Shown piece after piece: positions 28,670 to 38,736 of a stretch of DNA of 64,000 nucleotides; positions within the stretch are counted from its first letter, which is position 1; every line of letters begins with the position of its first letter. A model generated the notes under the pieces. That model had not been told where the DNA came from. It did not search any database and saw only the letters and a list, made by a program, of their open reading frames with translations. Source of the DNA: Lachnospiraceae bacterium (GTDB taxonomy: Bacteria > Bacillota > Clostridia > Lachnospirales > Lachnospiraceae); assembly GCA_022794255.1 (NCBI GenBank), contig JAAWEL010000027.1, positions 1,676 to 65,675 on the forward strand, in the 5' to 3' direction. The position numbers were made by a program, and so were the translations under genes.

Positions 28670-30004
28670 ATGACAAAGGTAATAACATATGGAACATTTG
28701 ACCTCTTCCACGAAGGTCATTACCGGCTTCTTCAAAGAGCAAAAGCGCTGGGAGATTATCTGATTGTAGGAGTGACCACAGAGGCCTATGATAAGGCACG
28801 GGGAAAGTTGAATGTGGTGGATTCTTTGATGACCCGGATTGAGAATGTGAAAAAGGCAGGCTTTGCCGATGAAGTCATCATCGAGGAGGAGCTGGGGCAG
28901 AAGATCAATGACATTAAAAAGTTTCAGATTGATATTTTTACCGTTGGCTCTGACTGGGCGGGAAGCTTTGATTATCTGATGGATTATTGTAAGGTAGTAT
29001 ATCTGGAGCGAACAAAAAACATATCCAGTACCATGCTGCGGGAGAAAAACAGCTGTATCCAGAGAATCGGGATTATAGGAACCGGGCGGATTGCACAGCG
29101 GTTTATTCCAGAGGCCAGGTTAGTCAGCGGAGTCAGTACCCAGGGAGTCTACAATCCTCATATCACGAGTGCAAGACGGTTTGCTGACAAGTGGGAAATT
29201 AATGCGTATACCGATCTGGAAGAATTTTACAGTGCAGTGGATGTGGTTTACATTGCCTCGCCTCACGAGACGCATTATGAATATATCCGGTCTGCCCTAA
29301 ACCATGGCAAACATGTCCTTTGTGAAAAGCCTATGGTGCTGAAAAAAGCGCAGGCAGAGGAGCTTTTTGAGCTGGCAAGAGAGAAAAAAAAGGTTTTGTT
29401 TGAGGGGATCAAGACAGCCTACTGCCCGGGATTTCACAAGCTTTTAGGCGTTGCCGGCAGCGGAACGGTGGGAATGATCCGGAATGTGGAGGCTTGTTTT
29501 ACAAAGCTGGAACAAGAGAACAGCCGGGAGCTGACTGCTCCGGTGTACGGGGGAAGTTTTCTGGAGTTGGGAAGCTATGTGATGCTTCCGATTCTTAAGC
29601 TTTTCGGAAAGGATTTTGAAGAGATCCGGTTTGATACCATTAAGGGAGAAAACGGGCTGGATCTTTTTACAAAAGCTTCTCTTTGTTATCCAACAGGGGT
29701 GGCTACCGCTACTTGCGGGCTGGGGGTCAAGTCGGAGGGAAGATTGTTGATTGCCGGAACAAAAGGATATATTGTGGCGGAGGCGCCCTGGTGGAAAACC
29801 TCCTATTTTGAGGTTCACTATGAAAATCCAGGGGAGGTCGACAAGTATTCGGAACGGTTTTTAGGGGACGGGCTGCGGTATGAGATCAGTGATTTTCTTT
29901 CCATGATTAACGGGAACAGCAGCAGCGAATTTAAGCTGACCCGGGGAGAGTCGGTGGCATTGGCTGGGGTGATGGAGCGGTTTATGGAGGAGAGAGAGGG
30001 ATGA
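28670..30004 (+). CDS. TagD-like cytidylyltransferase fused to a Gfo/Idh/MocA oxidoreductase
   Basis: ITYGTFDLFHEGH, GSDW and RTKNISST motifs, then GIIGTGRIA and HVLCEKP. Confidence 0.88.
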   Translation: MTKVITYGTFDLFHEGHYRLLQRAKALGDYLIVGVTTEAYDKARGKLNVVDSLMTRIENVKKAGFADEVIIEEELGQKINDIKKFQIDIFTVGSDWAGSFDYLMDYCKVVYLERTKNISSTMLREKNSCIQRIGIIGTGRIAQRFIPEARLVSGVSTQGVYNPHITSARRFADKWEINAYTDLEEFYSAVDVVYIASPHETHYEYIRSALNHGKHVLCEKPMVLKKAQAEELFELAREKKKVLFEGIKTAYCPGFHKLLGVAGSGTVGMIRNVEACFTKLEQENSRELTAPVYGGSFLELGSYVMLPILKLFGKDFEEIRFDTIKGENGLDLFTKASLCYPTGVATATCGLGVKSEGRLLIAGTKGYIVAEAPWWKTSYFEVHYENPGEVDKYSERFLGDGLRYEISDFLSMINGNSSSEFKLTRGESVALAGVMERFMEEREG

Positions 30005-30918
30005 GAGGGATGGGGTGCGGGAGTGTATCGGAAGCTTATGTTAGTCCAAAATCATCCCCCTATTTTGCTTTTAATATATGGAGCATCGAATCTGCAAAAG
30101 CGGTGCTTGACGGTTCCGCAAAAGCAGGCCGGGACGTGATTCTGCAGACCTCCATGAAAGCATTTCTAAGATTGGATAAAGAAGAGCTCCGCAGATTTGT
30201 CACCAGCTATATGCATAAAAAACAGATTCGGGCTTACCTGCATTTAGATCACTGCAAAGATCCGGATCAGATAAAAGAGGCTATAAGTCATGGCTGGGAT
30301 TCCGTGATGATCGATGCCTCCCACAAGCCATTGGAAGAGAATATTGCAATGACCAATCTTGTATGCAGGATGGCAGAAGGAACCGGGATATTAGTGGAAG
30401 CAGAGATCGGGCAGATCTTTAAGGCCGGGGATGACATCCACAATGCAGAAACAGGAATTGCCAGGATAGAAGATATTAAAACCTTTGTGAAAAACACCAG
30501 GGCCCATATTCTTGCAGCAGCAGTAGGCACATCCCATGGTTTATACAAAGGCCTGCCAAAGATTCACTATGACCTGATAGAAGAAATAGCAGCTTTTACC
30601 AATATTCCTCTGGCAATCCATGGGGGCACAGGCCTTACGGACGAGATGTTTTTAAAACTGTTATCCCATGAAAACGTTAAAAAAATCAATATTTCAACGG
30701 ATGTAAAGATGGCCTTTAGGCAGGGAATTATGGAAAGCCTTCAAAAAGGATCGATGAGCGAAGGCGGTTTTGATCCTATGAAGGTAGAAGAGGCGATCCA
30801 TGATTTTCTGGAAGAAATGGCGGTAAATAAATTGAGATTATTAAGGAAAGACGGTAACCATGAAGACAATTCTTGTTCTGAATATGGGTATGAAAAGTAT
30901 CCGGAGCATTATCTTTGA
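30001..30918 (+). CDS. class II fructose/tagatose-bisphosphate aldolase family protein
   Basis: LHLDH, SVMIDAS, VEAEIG, GTSHG, IHGGTG and KINIST motifs. Confidence 0.9.
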   Translation: MRGMGCGSVSEAYVSPKSSPYFAFNIWSIESAKAVLDGSAKAGRDVILQTSMKAFLRLDKEELRRFVTSYMHKKQIRAYLHLDHCKDPDQIKEAISHGWDSVMIDASHKPLEENIAMTNLVCRMAEGTGILVEAEIGQIFKAGDDIHNAETGIARIEDIKTFVKNTRAHILAAAVGTSHGLYKGLPKIHYDLIEEIAAFTNIPLAIHGGTGLTDEMFLKLLSHENVKKINISTDVKMAFRQGIMESLQKGSMSEGGFDPMKVEEAIHDFLEEMAVNKLRLLRKDGNHEDNSCSEYGYEKYPEHYL

Positions 30919-32392
30919 CAGCGAGGGCAATAAACTGGCCTCATTTGCAGTGCCCATAGAAACCTCCCTTACCGGCGATACCGTTACCCAGGCCCCGTCC
31001 GAGTGGTGGGAGAAGGCATGCAGGGTGATAAGGGAGTCTCTGGCAGATGCAGGGAATATTTCGGTTGACTATCTGACTGTGACCACATCTTCCTCCTGCC
31101 TGGTATGTGTGGACAGGGAAGGGGAGGCGCTTCTTCCCTGTATGATGGTATCAGACAAGAGGGCAGTGAAAGAGAGTGCTTTGCTAAAAGAGGCAAAGGC
31201 CTTTGAGAAAGTAAAGACAAGAACAGGGCTGGGGGCAGACCCGTCTCTGATGATTCCAAAAGCCTTATGGGTGAAGAGAAACCGGCCGGAAATATTGGAC
31301 CAGGTGTATCAGCTGTTATCGCCCAATGATTTTCTCATTGCGAAATTTACTGGCCGGTATGTGACCGATTATATGAATGCCCAGAAATGGCATTATGATG
31401 TGGAGAACCGCTGCTATCCCCTGGAATTATTGCAGGAGGTGGGAATCCCCCAGCAGTTTCTCCCCAAAGTGGCAGTTCCCGGCGCTTGTGTGGGAAATGT
31501 GCTGTGTGCGGCTGCAAAGAAAACAGGGCTTTCCACAAACACCCAGGTAATCGCAAGTACCTATGATGCCATATGCTCTTTTATTGGAAGCGGCGCCTTA
31601 AGTGAAGGGGAGGCAAGCGATGTTTCGGGAACTGTTACTGTGTTCCGGGCAGCCTCCCAAAAGAAGATAGAAAAGCCGTTGGACAAGATACAGCAGCTTC
31701 CTTACTATGAAGGCGGCGTCCACATCATTGGCGGTTCCAACAATTTAGGAGGCGGTTTGATCGAATGGGTAAAGCAGTGCTATTACCAGAATGAAGCGCT
31801 TCCCTATGAGCTTATGGAAAAAGATGCAGGGGAGGCATCTTTAGGAGCAGGAGGAATCATTTTCCTGCCTTATCTTTTGGGAGAGCGGGCGCCCATATGG
31901 GACAATAATGCCAGAGGGGTGTTTTTTGGATTGGAGAGAATGCACACCAGAAAGGAAATGACAAGAGCTGTTTTTGAAAGCGCAGGATTCATAGACCTGG
32001 ATATGATCGGAGCGATTGAAAAGACAGGGTTATCGGTCCATACCATCCGGCTTTCCGGGGGACTGGCCAGACTGAATCTGATTTCCCAGATTAAAGCGGA
32101 TATTACAGGGAGGGAGGTCTGGGTGCTTTCGGAATTTGAGACTACAGCCACCGGGGCGGCAATGATTGCGCTGTACGGACAAGGGGTTTATCAGTCTTTG
32201 CGGGAGGCAGTGGACCGATTCGTGCAGATCCGCATGATGATCCGGCCGAACCAGAAAAACCATGAAAAATACACAGAGCTGTATCAATTATATAAGGAGA
32301 CCTACCACACCCTAAAACCGCTGTTCCCAAAGAGAATGGAATTGACGGAACGCTTGTATGGAATAAAAAGGATTAAGATAGAAAATCTTTGA
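30860..32392 (+). CDS. FGGY-family carbohydrate kinase (xylulokinase-like)
   Basis: DKRA, SGT, FLPYLLGERAPIWD, SGGLAR and QIKADITG motifs. Confidence 0.9.
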   Translation: MKTILVLNMGMKSIRSIIFDSEGNKLASFAVPIETSLTGDTVTQAPSEWWEKACRVIRESLADAGNISVDYLTVTTSSSCLVCVDREGEALLPCMMVSDKRAVKESALLKEAKAFEKVKTRTGLGADPSLMIPKALWVKRNRPEILDQVYQLLSPNDFLIAKFTGRYVTDYMNAQKWHYDVENRCYPLELLQEVGIPQQFLPKVAVPGACVGNVLCAAAKKTGLSTNTQVIASTYDAICSFIGSGALSEGEASDVSGTVTVFRAASQKKIEKPLDKIQQLPYYEGGVHIIGGSNNLGGGLIEWVKQCYYQNEALPYELMEKDAGEASLGAGGIIFLPYLLGERAPIWDNNARGVFFGLERMHTRKEMTRAVFESAGFIDLDMIGAIEKTGLSVHTIRLSGGLARLNLISQIKADITGREVWVLSEFETTATGAAMIALYGQGVYQSLREAVDRFVQIRMMIRPNQKNHEKYTELYQLYKETYHTLKPLFPKRMELTERLYGIKRIKIENL

Positions 32393-32405
32393 TAAAGGGG
32401 AGCTT

Positions 32406-33557
32406 ATGAAACCATATCCGTTGAATATTCCCACAAAAGTTTATTTTGGAAGAGATATATGGAGAGAGGCTGTAAAAGCCCTGGAACCTTTCTTTAGAGG
32501 AAATATTATGCTTGTGACTACCGGGCGTTCCCTTACCCGCCTGGGTTATGTGGAAGAACTGGCGGAAACAATAAAAAAGTGCCCTTTGGCAGAGCGCGTG
32601 ATAATTTTTGATTCCGTCAGCGCCAATCCCAGACTTTCAGAGGTGAGAAAGGGGATTGGGTCAGGAAAAGAAAACAGGGTAAGTGTGATTCTGGGGTTTG
32701 GTGGAGGAAGCGCTTTGGATGCAGCCAAGGCCATAGCAGCCGGTATGGGGATTGAAGAGGACATCGGAGCGCTTTTTTATGGCAGGAAGGAGCCGGGAAA
32801 GAACACGCTGCCAGTGATCGCCATTCCCACAACAGCCGGAACTGGAAGTGAGCTGAGCAAAGCCGCTATTATCACGGATGAACAGACCAGGAAAAAGGGA
32901 GGAATCCGGGGCGCGGCTCTTTATCCAAAGGCTGCGATTGTGGATTCTGTATTTACAGATTCCATCCCCCTTCGTGTGACCATGGAAACAGGATTTGACG
33001 TGTTTGCCCATGGGATGGAAAGCTATCTGTCCCTGGCAGGATCTCCATACACAAGAATGCAGTCTGAGTATGGAATCCAGATTGTAGGAAAATATCTTCC
33101 GCGGCTGTTTTTTGATCTGGAGGATAAGGAGGCAAGAGACAAGTTAAGCTTTGCCAGTATGATTATGGGAATCAACTTGGGGAATGCCAGCACCTGCCTT
33201 GTACACAGGCTTCAGTATCCTTTAGGAGCCCATACGGATACCAGCCACGGAGCCGGGTTAGCTGCTCTGTTTCCAGCGTGGACAAGCTTTGAGCATAGAT
33301 ATGCGCCCCATATGGTAGAGAGGGGAGTCAGCCTGCTTTGGGGACAGGATATCTGCGGGCAGCAGGCATGTATGGAGAAAATTCGCTGTTTTATAGAAAA
33401 ACTGGAACTTCCCCTGTCTTTAAAAGCCCTGGGGGTGAAACGAGAGCTTTTGCAGGTTATGGCATCCGAGGTGACAGGAAATGTGAAAAATGATCCGGCG
33501 TCACAGGAGGAAGACATTATTATGAAATTATATACTATGTCTTTTGACGGGCATTGA
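32406..33557 (+). CDS. iron-containing alcohol dehydrogenase
   Basis: GGGSALDAAK, IPTTAGTGSE, DVFAHGME, LVH and SHG motifs. Confidence 0.92.
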   Translation: MKPYPLNIPTKVYFGRDIWREAVKALEPFFRGNIMLVTTGRSLTRLGYVEELAETIKKCPLAERVIIFDSVSANPRLSEVRKGIGSGKENRVSVILGFGGGSALDAAKAIAAGMGIEEDIGALFYGRKEPGKNTLPVIAIPTTAGTGSELSKAAIITDEQTRKKGGIRGAALYPKAAIVDSVFTDSIPLRVTMETGFDVFAHGMESYLSLAGSPYTRMQSEYGIQIVGKYLPRLFFDLEDKEARDKLSFASMIMGINLGNASTCLVHRLQYPLGAHTDTSHGAGLAALFPAWTSFEHRYAPHMVERGVSLLWGQDICGQQACMEKIRCFIEKLELPLSLKALGVKRELLQVMASEVTGNVKNDPASQEEDIIMKLYTMSFDGH

Positions 33558-33591
33558 ATGAAAAGTAAATGGAATGAGAGGAATCGGATCG

Positions 33592-34329
33592 ATGCAGGCA
33601 ATCATTATGGCTGCCGGGAAGGGCAGCAGACTGGGAAAAATAACAGAAGGAAAGCCAAAATCTTTCGCAGAAATAAAGGGAAAGAAATTGATTGAGTATA
33701 ATCTGCAGCTTTTAAAAAAGTATGGGATTGAAGATATCTTTATTGTGACAGGGTATTGTTGTGAGGCGTTTGAAAAGCTGACAGAAAATATGGAGGGAGT
33801 ACATCTGATCTACAATCCTTTTTATGAGATGATGAATGTACTTGGCTCCTTTTACATGGGAATGGATGTTCTGAAAGATGATTTTGTCTATCTTCATGCA
33901 GATACTTTGTGTGAGCCTGTTATATTTGAAAAGCTGATTCATATGGCTTCTGATGCAGACGCAGTTCTTCCCGTGGATTATGGTCCCTGCAATGAGGAGG
34001 CTATGAAGGTAAAAACCATAGCAGGGAATATTGTGCAGATCACCAAGCAGATACCGGTGGAAGAGGCAGAGGGAGAGTTTATCGGTATGGCAGCCTTTCG
34101 GAGAGAGCTGATACCGGCGCTTAAGGACAGGACAAAAAGGCTTTTGCAGGAAAAGAATTTTAACGAATATTTTGAACGTGCAGTTCAGAGGCTTATTGAC
34201 GAAGAAAATTACCGGATCAAAGCAGTTCCCACAGCAGGCGCTTTCTGGACAGAGATTGATTTTATGGAAGACTATGAAAAAGCGGTGGCGTGTATACCGG
34301 AGAGTCTGACAGGAATTTTTGAAAGGTAG
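33592..34329 (+). CDS. LicC-like NTP transferase (phosphocholine/sugar-phosphate cytidylyltransferase family)
   Basis: MAAGKGSRL...KPK, EEAMKV, GEFIG and WTEIDF motifs. Confidence 0.88.
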   Translation: MQAIIMAAGKGSRLGKITEGKPKSFAEIKGKKLIEYNLQLLKKYGIEDIFIVTGYCCEAFEKLTENMEGVHLIYNPFYEMMNVLGSFYMGMDVLKDDFVYLHADTLCEPVIFEKLIHMASDADAVLPVDYGPCNEEAMKVKTIAGNIVQITKQIPVEEAEGEFIGMAAFRRELIPALKDRTKRLLQEKNFNEYFERAVQRLIDEENYRIKAVPTAGAFWTEIDFMEDYEKAVACIPESLTGIFER

Positions 34330-34357
34330 TTTCATTCACACAAGGAAATGGCAGAAA

Positions 34358-35584
34358 ATGGGATATAACGAAAAAAGCGATTTATCAGAAAGAATTTATA
34401 TTGCAAAGCGGAGAGGGAAGGCATTTCTTCACAGTCTGGTATTTGATCTGTGCCGGATTTTTCCCATAGATCCGAAAAAGGTGGTCATGTGGACCTTTGA
34501 GTGCGGAGGCGGGTATGGGTGCAGCCCCAAATATGTGGCAGAGGAAATACTAAGGCAGAACCGGGAGGGGAATACGGATTATAAAATTGTCTGGCTCATG
34601 AATGATACCGATAAGGAGTTTCCAAAGGAGATAAAAAAAGTAAAGAATACCCTTTGGCATCGGGCATACCATCTGAGTACTGCCAGTATTTGGGTCAGCA
34701 ATACCAGAACCTTCTACGGCACCAAAAAGAGAAACAAGCAGTGTTATATCCAGACATGGCATGCAACCATGTGTATAAAGCCAATCGGAAAATACCGGGG
34801 CAACCTGCTGCCTAAAATGGCATATATTGTCAGCAAATATGATTCCGGCCTGATTGACTATGTGCTGTCCGGATCAAAATGGTGCGATCATATGTACCGG
34901 AAGGGACTGATTTATAAGGGAAGGATTGTAAGAACAGGAACGCCCAGATGTGATGTGCTCATAAACCAAAAGGAGGAGAAGCACAGGCAGATGAGGGAGG
35001 AATGCAAGATTCCCCCAATGGCAAAGATCTTACTGTACGCGCCCACATTCCGCGGGGGAAGTCAGAGTGGAAAGCGGTCTGTGAACGGGGAGGAGACAAC
35101 GGTTGATTTCAAACGCCTTATAGAAAGCCTGAAAAAAAGATTTGGCGGCCAATGGTACATATTTTTGCGGCTTCATCCCCAACTGGCAGTGAATACAGAA
35201 GGGATTCATACCGGACAGACATCCGAACGCCTGATTGATGTGAGCCAGAGACCGGATATGAATGAGATCATAGCTGGAGCAGATGCCTTTCTGACAGACT
35301 ATTCCAGTGCTGTTTTTGAGGCGGCTATGGCCGGGATACCCGGATTTATCTATGCGGATGATCTGGAAGAGTATATAAAGGACCGGGGAGATTTGATGTT
35401 TGATATGAAGAAACTACCCTTTCCTGTGGCTTTGGACAATGATGGCCTGATGAGAAATATCGCAGAGTTTGACAGCGAGAAGTATGAGAGAGCGGTAAAA
35501 GCATTTATGGAAAAGGTGGGAAACGAGGAAGATGGGAAGGCAAGCGGGCGAGTTGTGGAATTGATCAGGAGAGGAAGAAAATAA
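34358..35584 (+). CDS. TagF-like CDP-alditol phosphotransferase
   Basis: CSPKY, IQTWHA, GTPRCD, LYAPTFRG, RLHP and LTDYSS motifs. Confidence 0.9.
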   Translation: MGYNEKSDLSERIYIAKRRGKAFLHSLVFDLCRIFPIDPKKVVMWTFECGGGYGCSPKYVAEEILRQNREGNTDYKIVWLMNDTDKEFPKEIKKVKNTLWHRAYHLSTASIWVSNTRTFYGTKKRNKQCYIQTWHATMCIKPIGKYRGNLLPKMAYIVSKYDSGLIDYVLSGSKWCDHMYRKGLIYKGRIVRTGTPRCDVLINQKEEKHRQMREECKIPPMAKILLYAPTFRGGSQSGKRSVNGEETTVDFKRLIESLKKRFGGQWYIFLRLHPQLAVNTEGIHTGQTSERLIDVSQRPDMNEIIAGADAFLTDYSSAVFEAAMAGIPGFIYADDLEEYIKDRGDLMFDMKKLPFPVALDNDGLMRNIAEFDSEKYERAVKAFMEKVGNEEDGKASGRVVELIRRGRK

Positions 35585-35639
35585 AAATGGGGAGATAGTG
35601 GTTTGCTTTGCTGTTTAAGTATTTGAATGTTTGATAAAG

Positions 35640-35837
35640 AAATCCAGGTGGTGATCCATTTTCCATGCTGCTTATGGAATTGAGATAAAATGGAAAAAAA
35701 GCGCAAAGAGTGCGATTGAGTGGGGCAGGGACAAGAAATATTCTCAGATGTTTGAAGGTTTTGGGAGCGATATTTTGATGGCGGGAATCAGTTATGATGA
35801 GAATACGAAGAAGTATGGGTATTTGATTGAGAGATAG
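35640..35837 (+). pseudogene. C-terminal remnant of an AAA-ATPase/PD-(D/E)XK nuclease-domain gene
   Basis: Frameshifted pieces LLMEL / KWKKSAKSAIE / FEGFGSDILMAGISYDENTKKYGYLIER* resemble that family's C-terminus. Confidence 0.55.
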
Positions 35838-36023
35838 GGAAAGTTATTGAAATCGGCTTGTTATATTTATTGTGATATGAATGAATAGATGGGAGGAATT
35901 AAACAGAATACCAGGATGTTTTCTAAGGGTAAGAACAGCCATAACTTATGGAAAGAATGGTATTTTTGTGTAAGATAAGAACGGAAATGAAGATACTAAG
36001 TTAGAAAAGAGAGGGATATTATA

Positions 36024-37604
36024 TTGGCAATACTGAATGATAGAATCGTTGTTGGAACATCAATAGCACCTGTAAATATTGAACATCAAATGTTAGCTAT
36101 TAAATCATGGATAAAAAATGGTTTTCAAGTTGTATCATGCAATGTAAAGGAAGAAATAGAAATTATTAAACCGTTTTTTGAAGGAATAGATATAGAGTTT
36201 GAAGAAATTCCATGTGTGATTGATTCAGTACGAACAAAACCTCTGCCGTATCTTCAGGATATTTTATTAGCAGCAAATAGGAGAACAGAAGGGGTGGTAG
36301 GATTTATTAATTCAGATATCTACCTTGATAGGATCACATCTGAGTTTTATGATTTTTTGATGAAAGAGACCAAAAACAGTTTGGTCTTTATTAGAAGAAA
36401 TGAGATAGATGATATTGAGGATATAAGAGAAATAAACTGGACAATTCATTTTGACGGAATCGACATGTTTCTAATCGACAGCAAATTTGTCTGTGAATTT
36501 TATGATGATGGATTTTTTGTACAATCTTGTTGGGATCATTGTATTTTGATAAAGGCTGAAATGCAGGGAATACAGATAAAGGAATTAATGAATCCTATTG
36601 CATTTCATAAACGACATAAGCAAAGGTGGAATTTTGAAACTTCCAATATTCTAGTTGAACGATTTTGGGAGAAATATTATAAAAAAGATGAACATGTTTT
36701 CGAAAAAGTTATGGATAAATTTTATGATATTTTATTAACATGCAGACAAATTTGTTTTCTAAAAGAAGAAAAGATCTCTTGTTTGTGTGTTGTAGATCCA
36801 AAAGATAACAGAATTGTTACTAATCTGGAATCTCAAGAATTAGATATGATAGATATTACTATTCAGTATGATGATCAAAATATAGAAAGATATAAATATG
36901 TTTTTTACATTCCTGTGAATACAAGAGTGTCACCAGTATTCTGTAAAACTATAATCTATATTATGTATTCTTTCGGATGTTCAAGTCTGGAAGCTGGCAA
37001 GTTTTATGTTTTGAAGGTAAATGAAAAATATCATAATAGTAGTTTGAATCGCAATATTCACTATTTAGAAGAAATTCAAGAAGAATGTCGAAATAGTACA
37101 ATTATATACAGGATAGAAAAAAATTTTAAAAGAAACAATATTTATTTAAAAAAAGTACTGAGACCGATTATTTATGAAAATATAAGTATCGAAAATCGGA
37201 ATATTTTCAGAAAAATAAAACCAAAGGGAAAATACTATATAGCACCAGCTGGTATACGTGCAGCGCAGTGGTATACAGCTAACAATTATAAAATGATTAC
37301 TATGCAATTTGCAGGATTTATTGATAGTAATAAAAAAGGAAAGAATAACTATGGGATAATTTATCCTATGGATATTTTACTAAATGATTCAGAAGCTTAT
37401 GTAATTATAGCAAGTAAATATTATGCAAAAGAAATTATCGAACGAACAATGGAGTTTATAAATGAAGACAGATTACTAAATGCGGGAAATATTTGTTATA
37501 TAAGTCCAGAAGGAGATCTTTTCTATTTTGATTTAGAACAATATAAAAGAACTTTAAAAAGTGAATTATTGAGTGAAGATTGGGATACGAACAAATCTTC
37601 TTGA
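36024..37604 (+). CDS. hypothetical glycosyltransferase-like protein with C-terminal Rossmann-like module
   Basis: GFINSDI (DxD-like) and GIDMF motifs; AT-rich; TTG start. Confidence 0.6.
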   Translation: MAILNDRIVVGTSIAPVNIEHQMLAIKSWIKNGFQVVSCNVKEEIEIIKPFFEGIDIEFEEIPCVIDSVRTKPLPYLQDILLAANRRTEGVVGFINSDIYLDRITSEFYDFLMKETKNSLVFIRRNEIDDIEDIREINWTIHFDGIDMFLIDSKFVCEFYDDGFFVQSCWDHCILIKAEMQGIQIKELMNPIAFHKRHKQRWNFETSNILVERFWEKYYKKDEHVFEKVMDKFYDILLTCRQICFLKEEKISCLCVVDPKDNRIVTNLESQELDMIDITIQYDDQNIERYKYVFYIPVNTRVSPVFCKTIIYIMYSFGCSSLEAGKFYVLKVNEKYHNSSLNRNIHYLEEIQEECRNSTIIYRIEKNFKRNNIYLKKVLRPIIYENISIENRNIFRKIKPKGKYYIAPAGIRAAQWYTANNYKMITMQFAGFIDSNKKGKNNYGIIYPMDILLNDSEAYVIIASKYYAKEIIERTMEFINEDRLLNAGNICYISPEGDLFYFDLEQYKRTLKSELLSEDWDTNKSS

Positions 37605-37617
37605 AAAGGAATATTTT

Positions 37618-38736
37618 ATGAATAAAAGTATTGCAGTACTAATTCCAAGTTACGCAGAATCATTGACTTCAAATGAGATGATTTCACTAATACAAGTAAG
37701 AAAAATTCTACGAGAATATGATATCTTTTTTATACTTCCAACTTCATTGAAAATTGATTATTCATGTGAAGATATTATTGAAAAAAGATATCCAAATGAG
37801 TATTTTTCTTCTCGCAGAGCATATAGTCGTTTTATGTTGGAACCAATATTATATAAGGATTTTATAGAATATGATTATATATTAGTGTATCAATTAGATG
37901 CCTTTGTATTTTGGAATCGACTCAAGTATTTTTATGATTTGGGTTATGATTATATTGGTGCACCGTGGATCGATGGGATTTATTTCAAAAAGAATAGAAG
38001 AGAATATAAATGGCATGTGGGAAATGGCGGGCTATCTCTAAGAAGAACTTCTGCTTTTTTGAAATGGATTGAACACGAAGAATTTTTTCCGTATATTGAT
38101 TTTATAAATGAAGACATATTGATTGCAGTGTATGGGTATCCATATCTCAATATTGCGCCATTGGATATAGCAGCTTCTTTTTCATTCGAGATGGATTATG
38201 AACAATGTATAAAGTTGACAGAAGGAAAGATGCCGTTTGGTTGTCATGGATGGGAAAAATATGATTTTGATTTTTGGAAACCACTGATTGAAAAACAGGG
38301 ATATAAAGTGGAGACCGCAGAGAAGAACGAAATAGAAAATGCTAATGCAGTTAAAGTGTTAAATAAGTTTTGTTGTAGAAAATATACATATGACGAAATC
38401 CGAAAGATGATACCTCTTTCTTATCAAAATCGTATGCAAGGAGTATATATATGGGGAGTTGGTTTTTGGGGAATTTCATTAATGCAAAAATTACTAGATA
38501 GTGAAGTATTCGTTTCTGGCTTTGTTGATAATGATAGCAGACAATTTGGAAAAAAAATCTTATCATATCCAATAATACAGCCAGAATTTTTTTATAATAC
38601 AAAAAAACCAATCATTATTGCTATAGAAAAGAAATCAGAAGAGGTAGAAAAACAGTTACAGAAATATGGATATAAAAGAAAAAGGGATTACATTGTATTG
38701 GGTGATATAATAAAAGAGATACTAAATGAAAGATAA
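37618..38736 (+). CDS. DUF5672-like putative glycosyltransferase plus Rossmann-like module
   Basis: YQLDAFV, YDYIGAPW, GNGGLSLR, NED and PFGCH motifs. Confidence 0.8.
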   Translation: MNKSIAVLIPSYAESLTSNEMISLIQVRKILREYDIFFILPTSLKIDYSCEDIIEKRYPNEYFSSRRAYSRFMLEPILYKDFIEYDYILVYQLDAFVFWNRLKYFYDLGYDYIGAPWIDGIYFKKNRREYKWHVGNGGLSLRRTSAFLKWIEHEEFFPYIDFINEDILIAVYGYPYLNIAPLDIAASFSFEMDYEQCIKLTEGKMPFGCHGWEKYDFDFWKPLIEKQGYKVETAEKNEIENANAVKVLNKFCCRKYTYDEIRKMIPLSYQNRMQGVYIWGVGFWGISLMQKLLDSEVFVSGFVDNDSRQFGKKILSYPIIQPEFFYNTKKPIIIAIEKKSEEVEKQLQKYGYKRKRDYIVLGDIIKEILNER

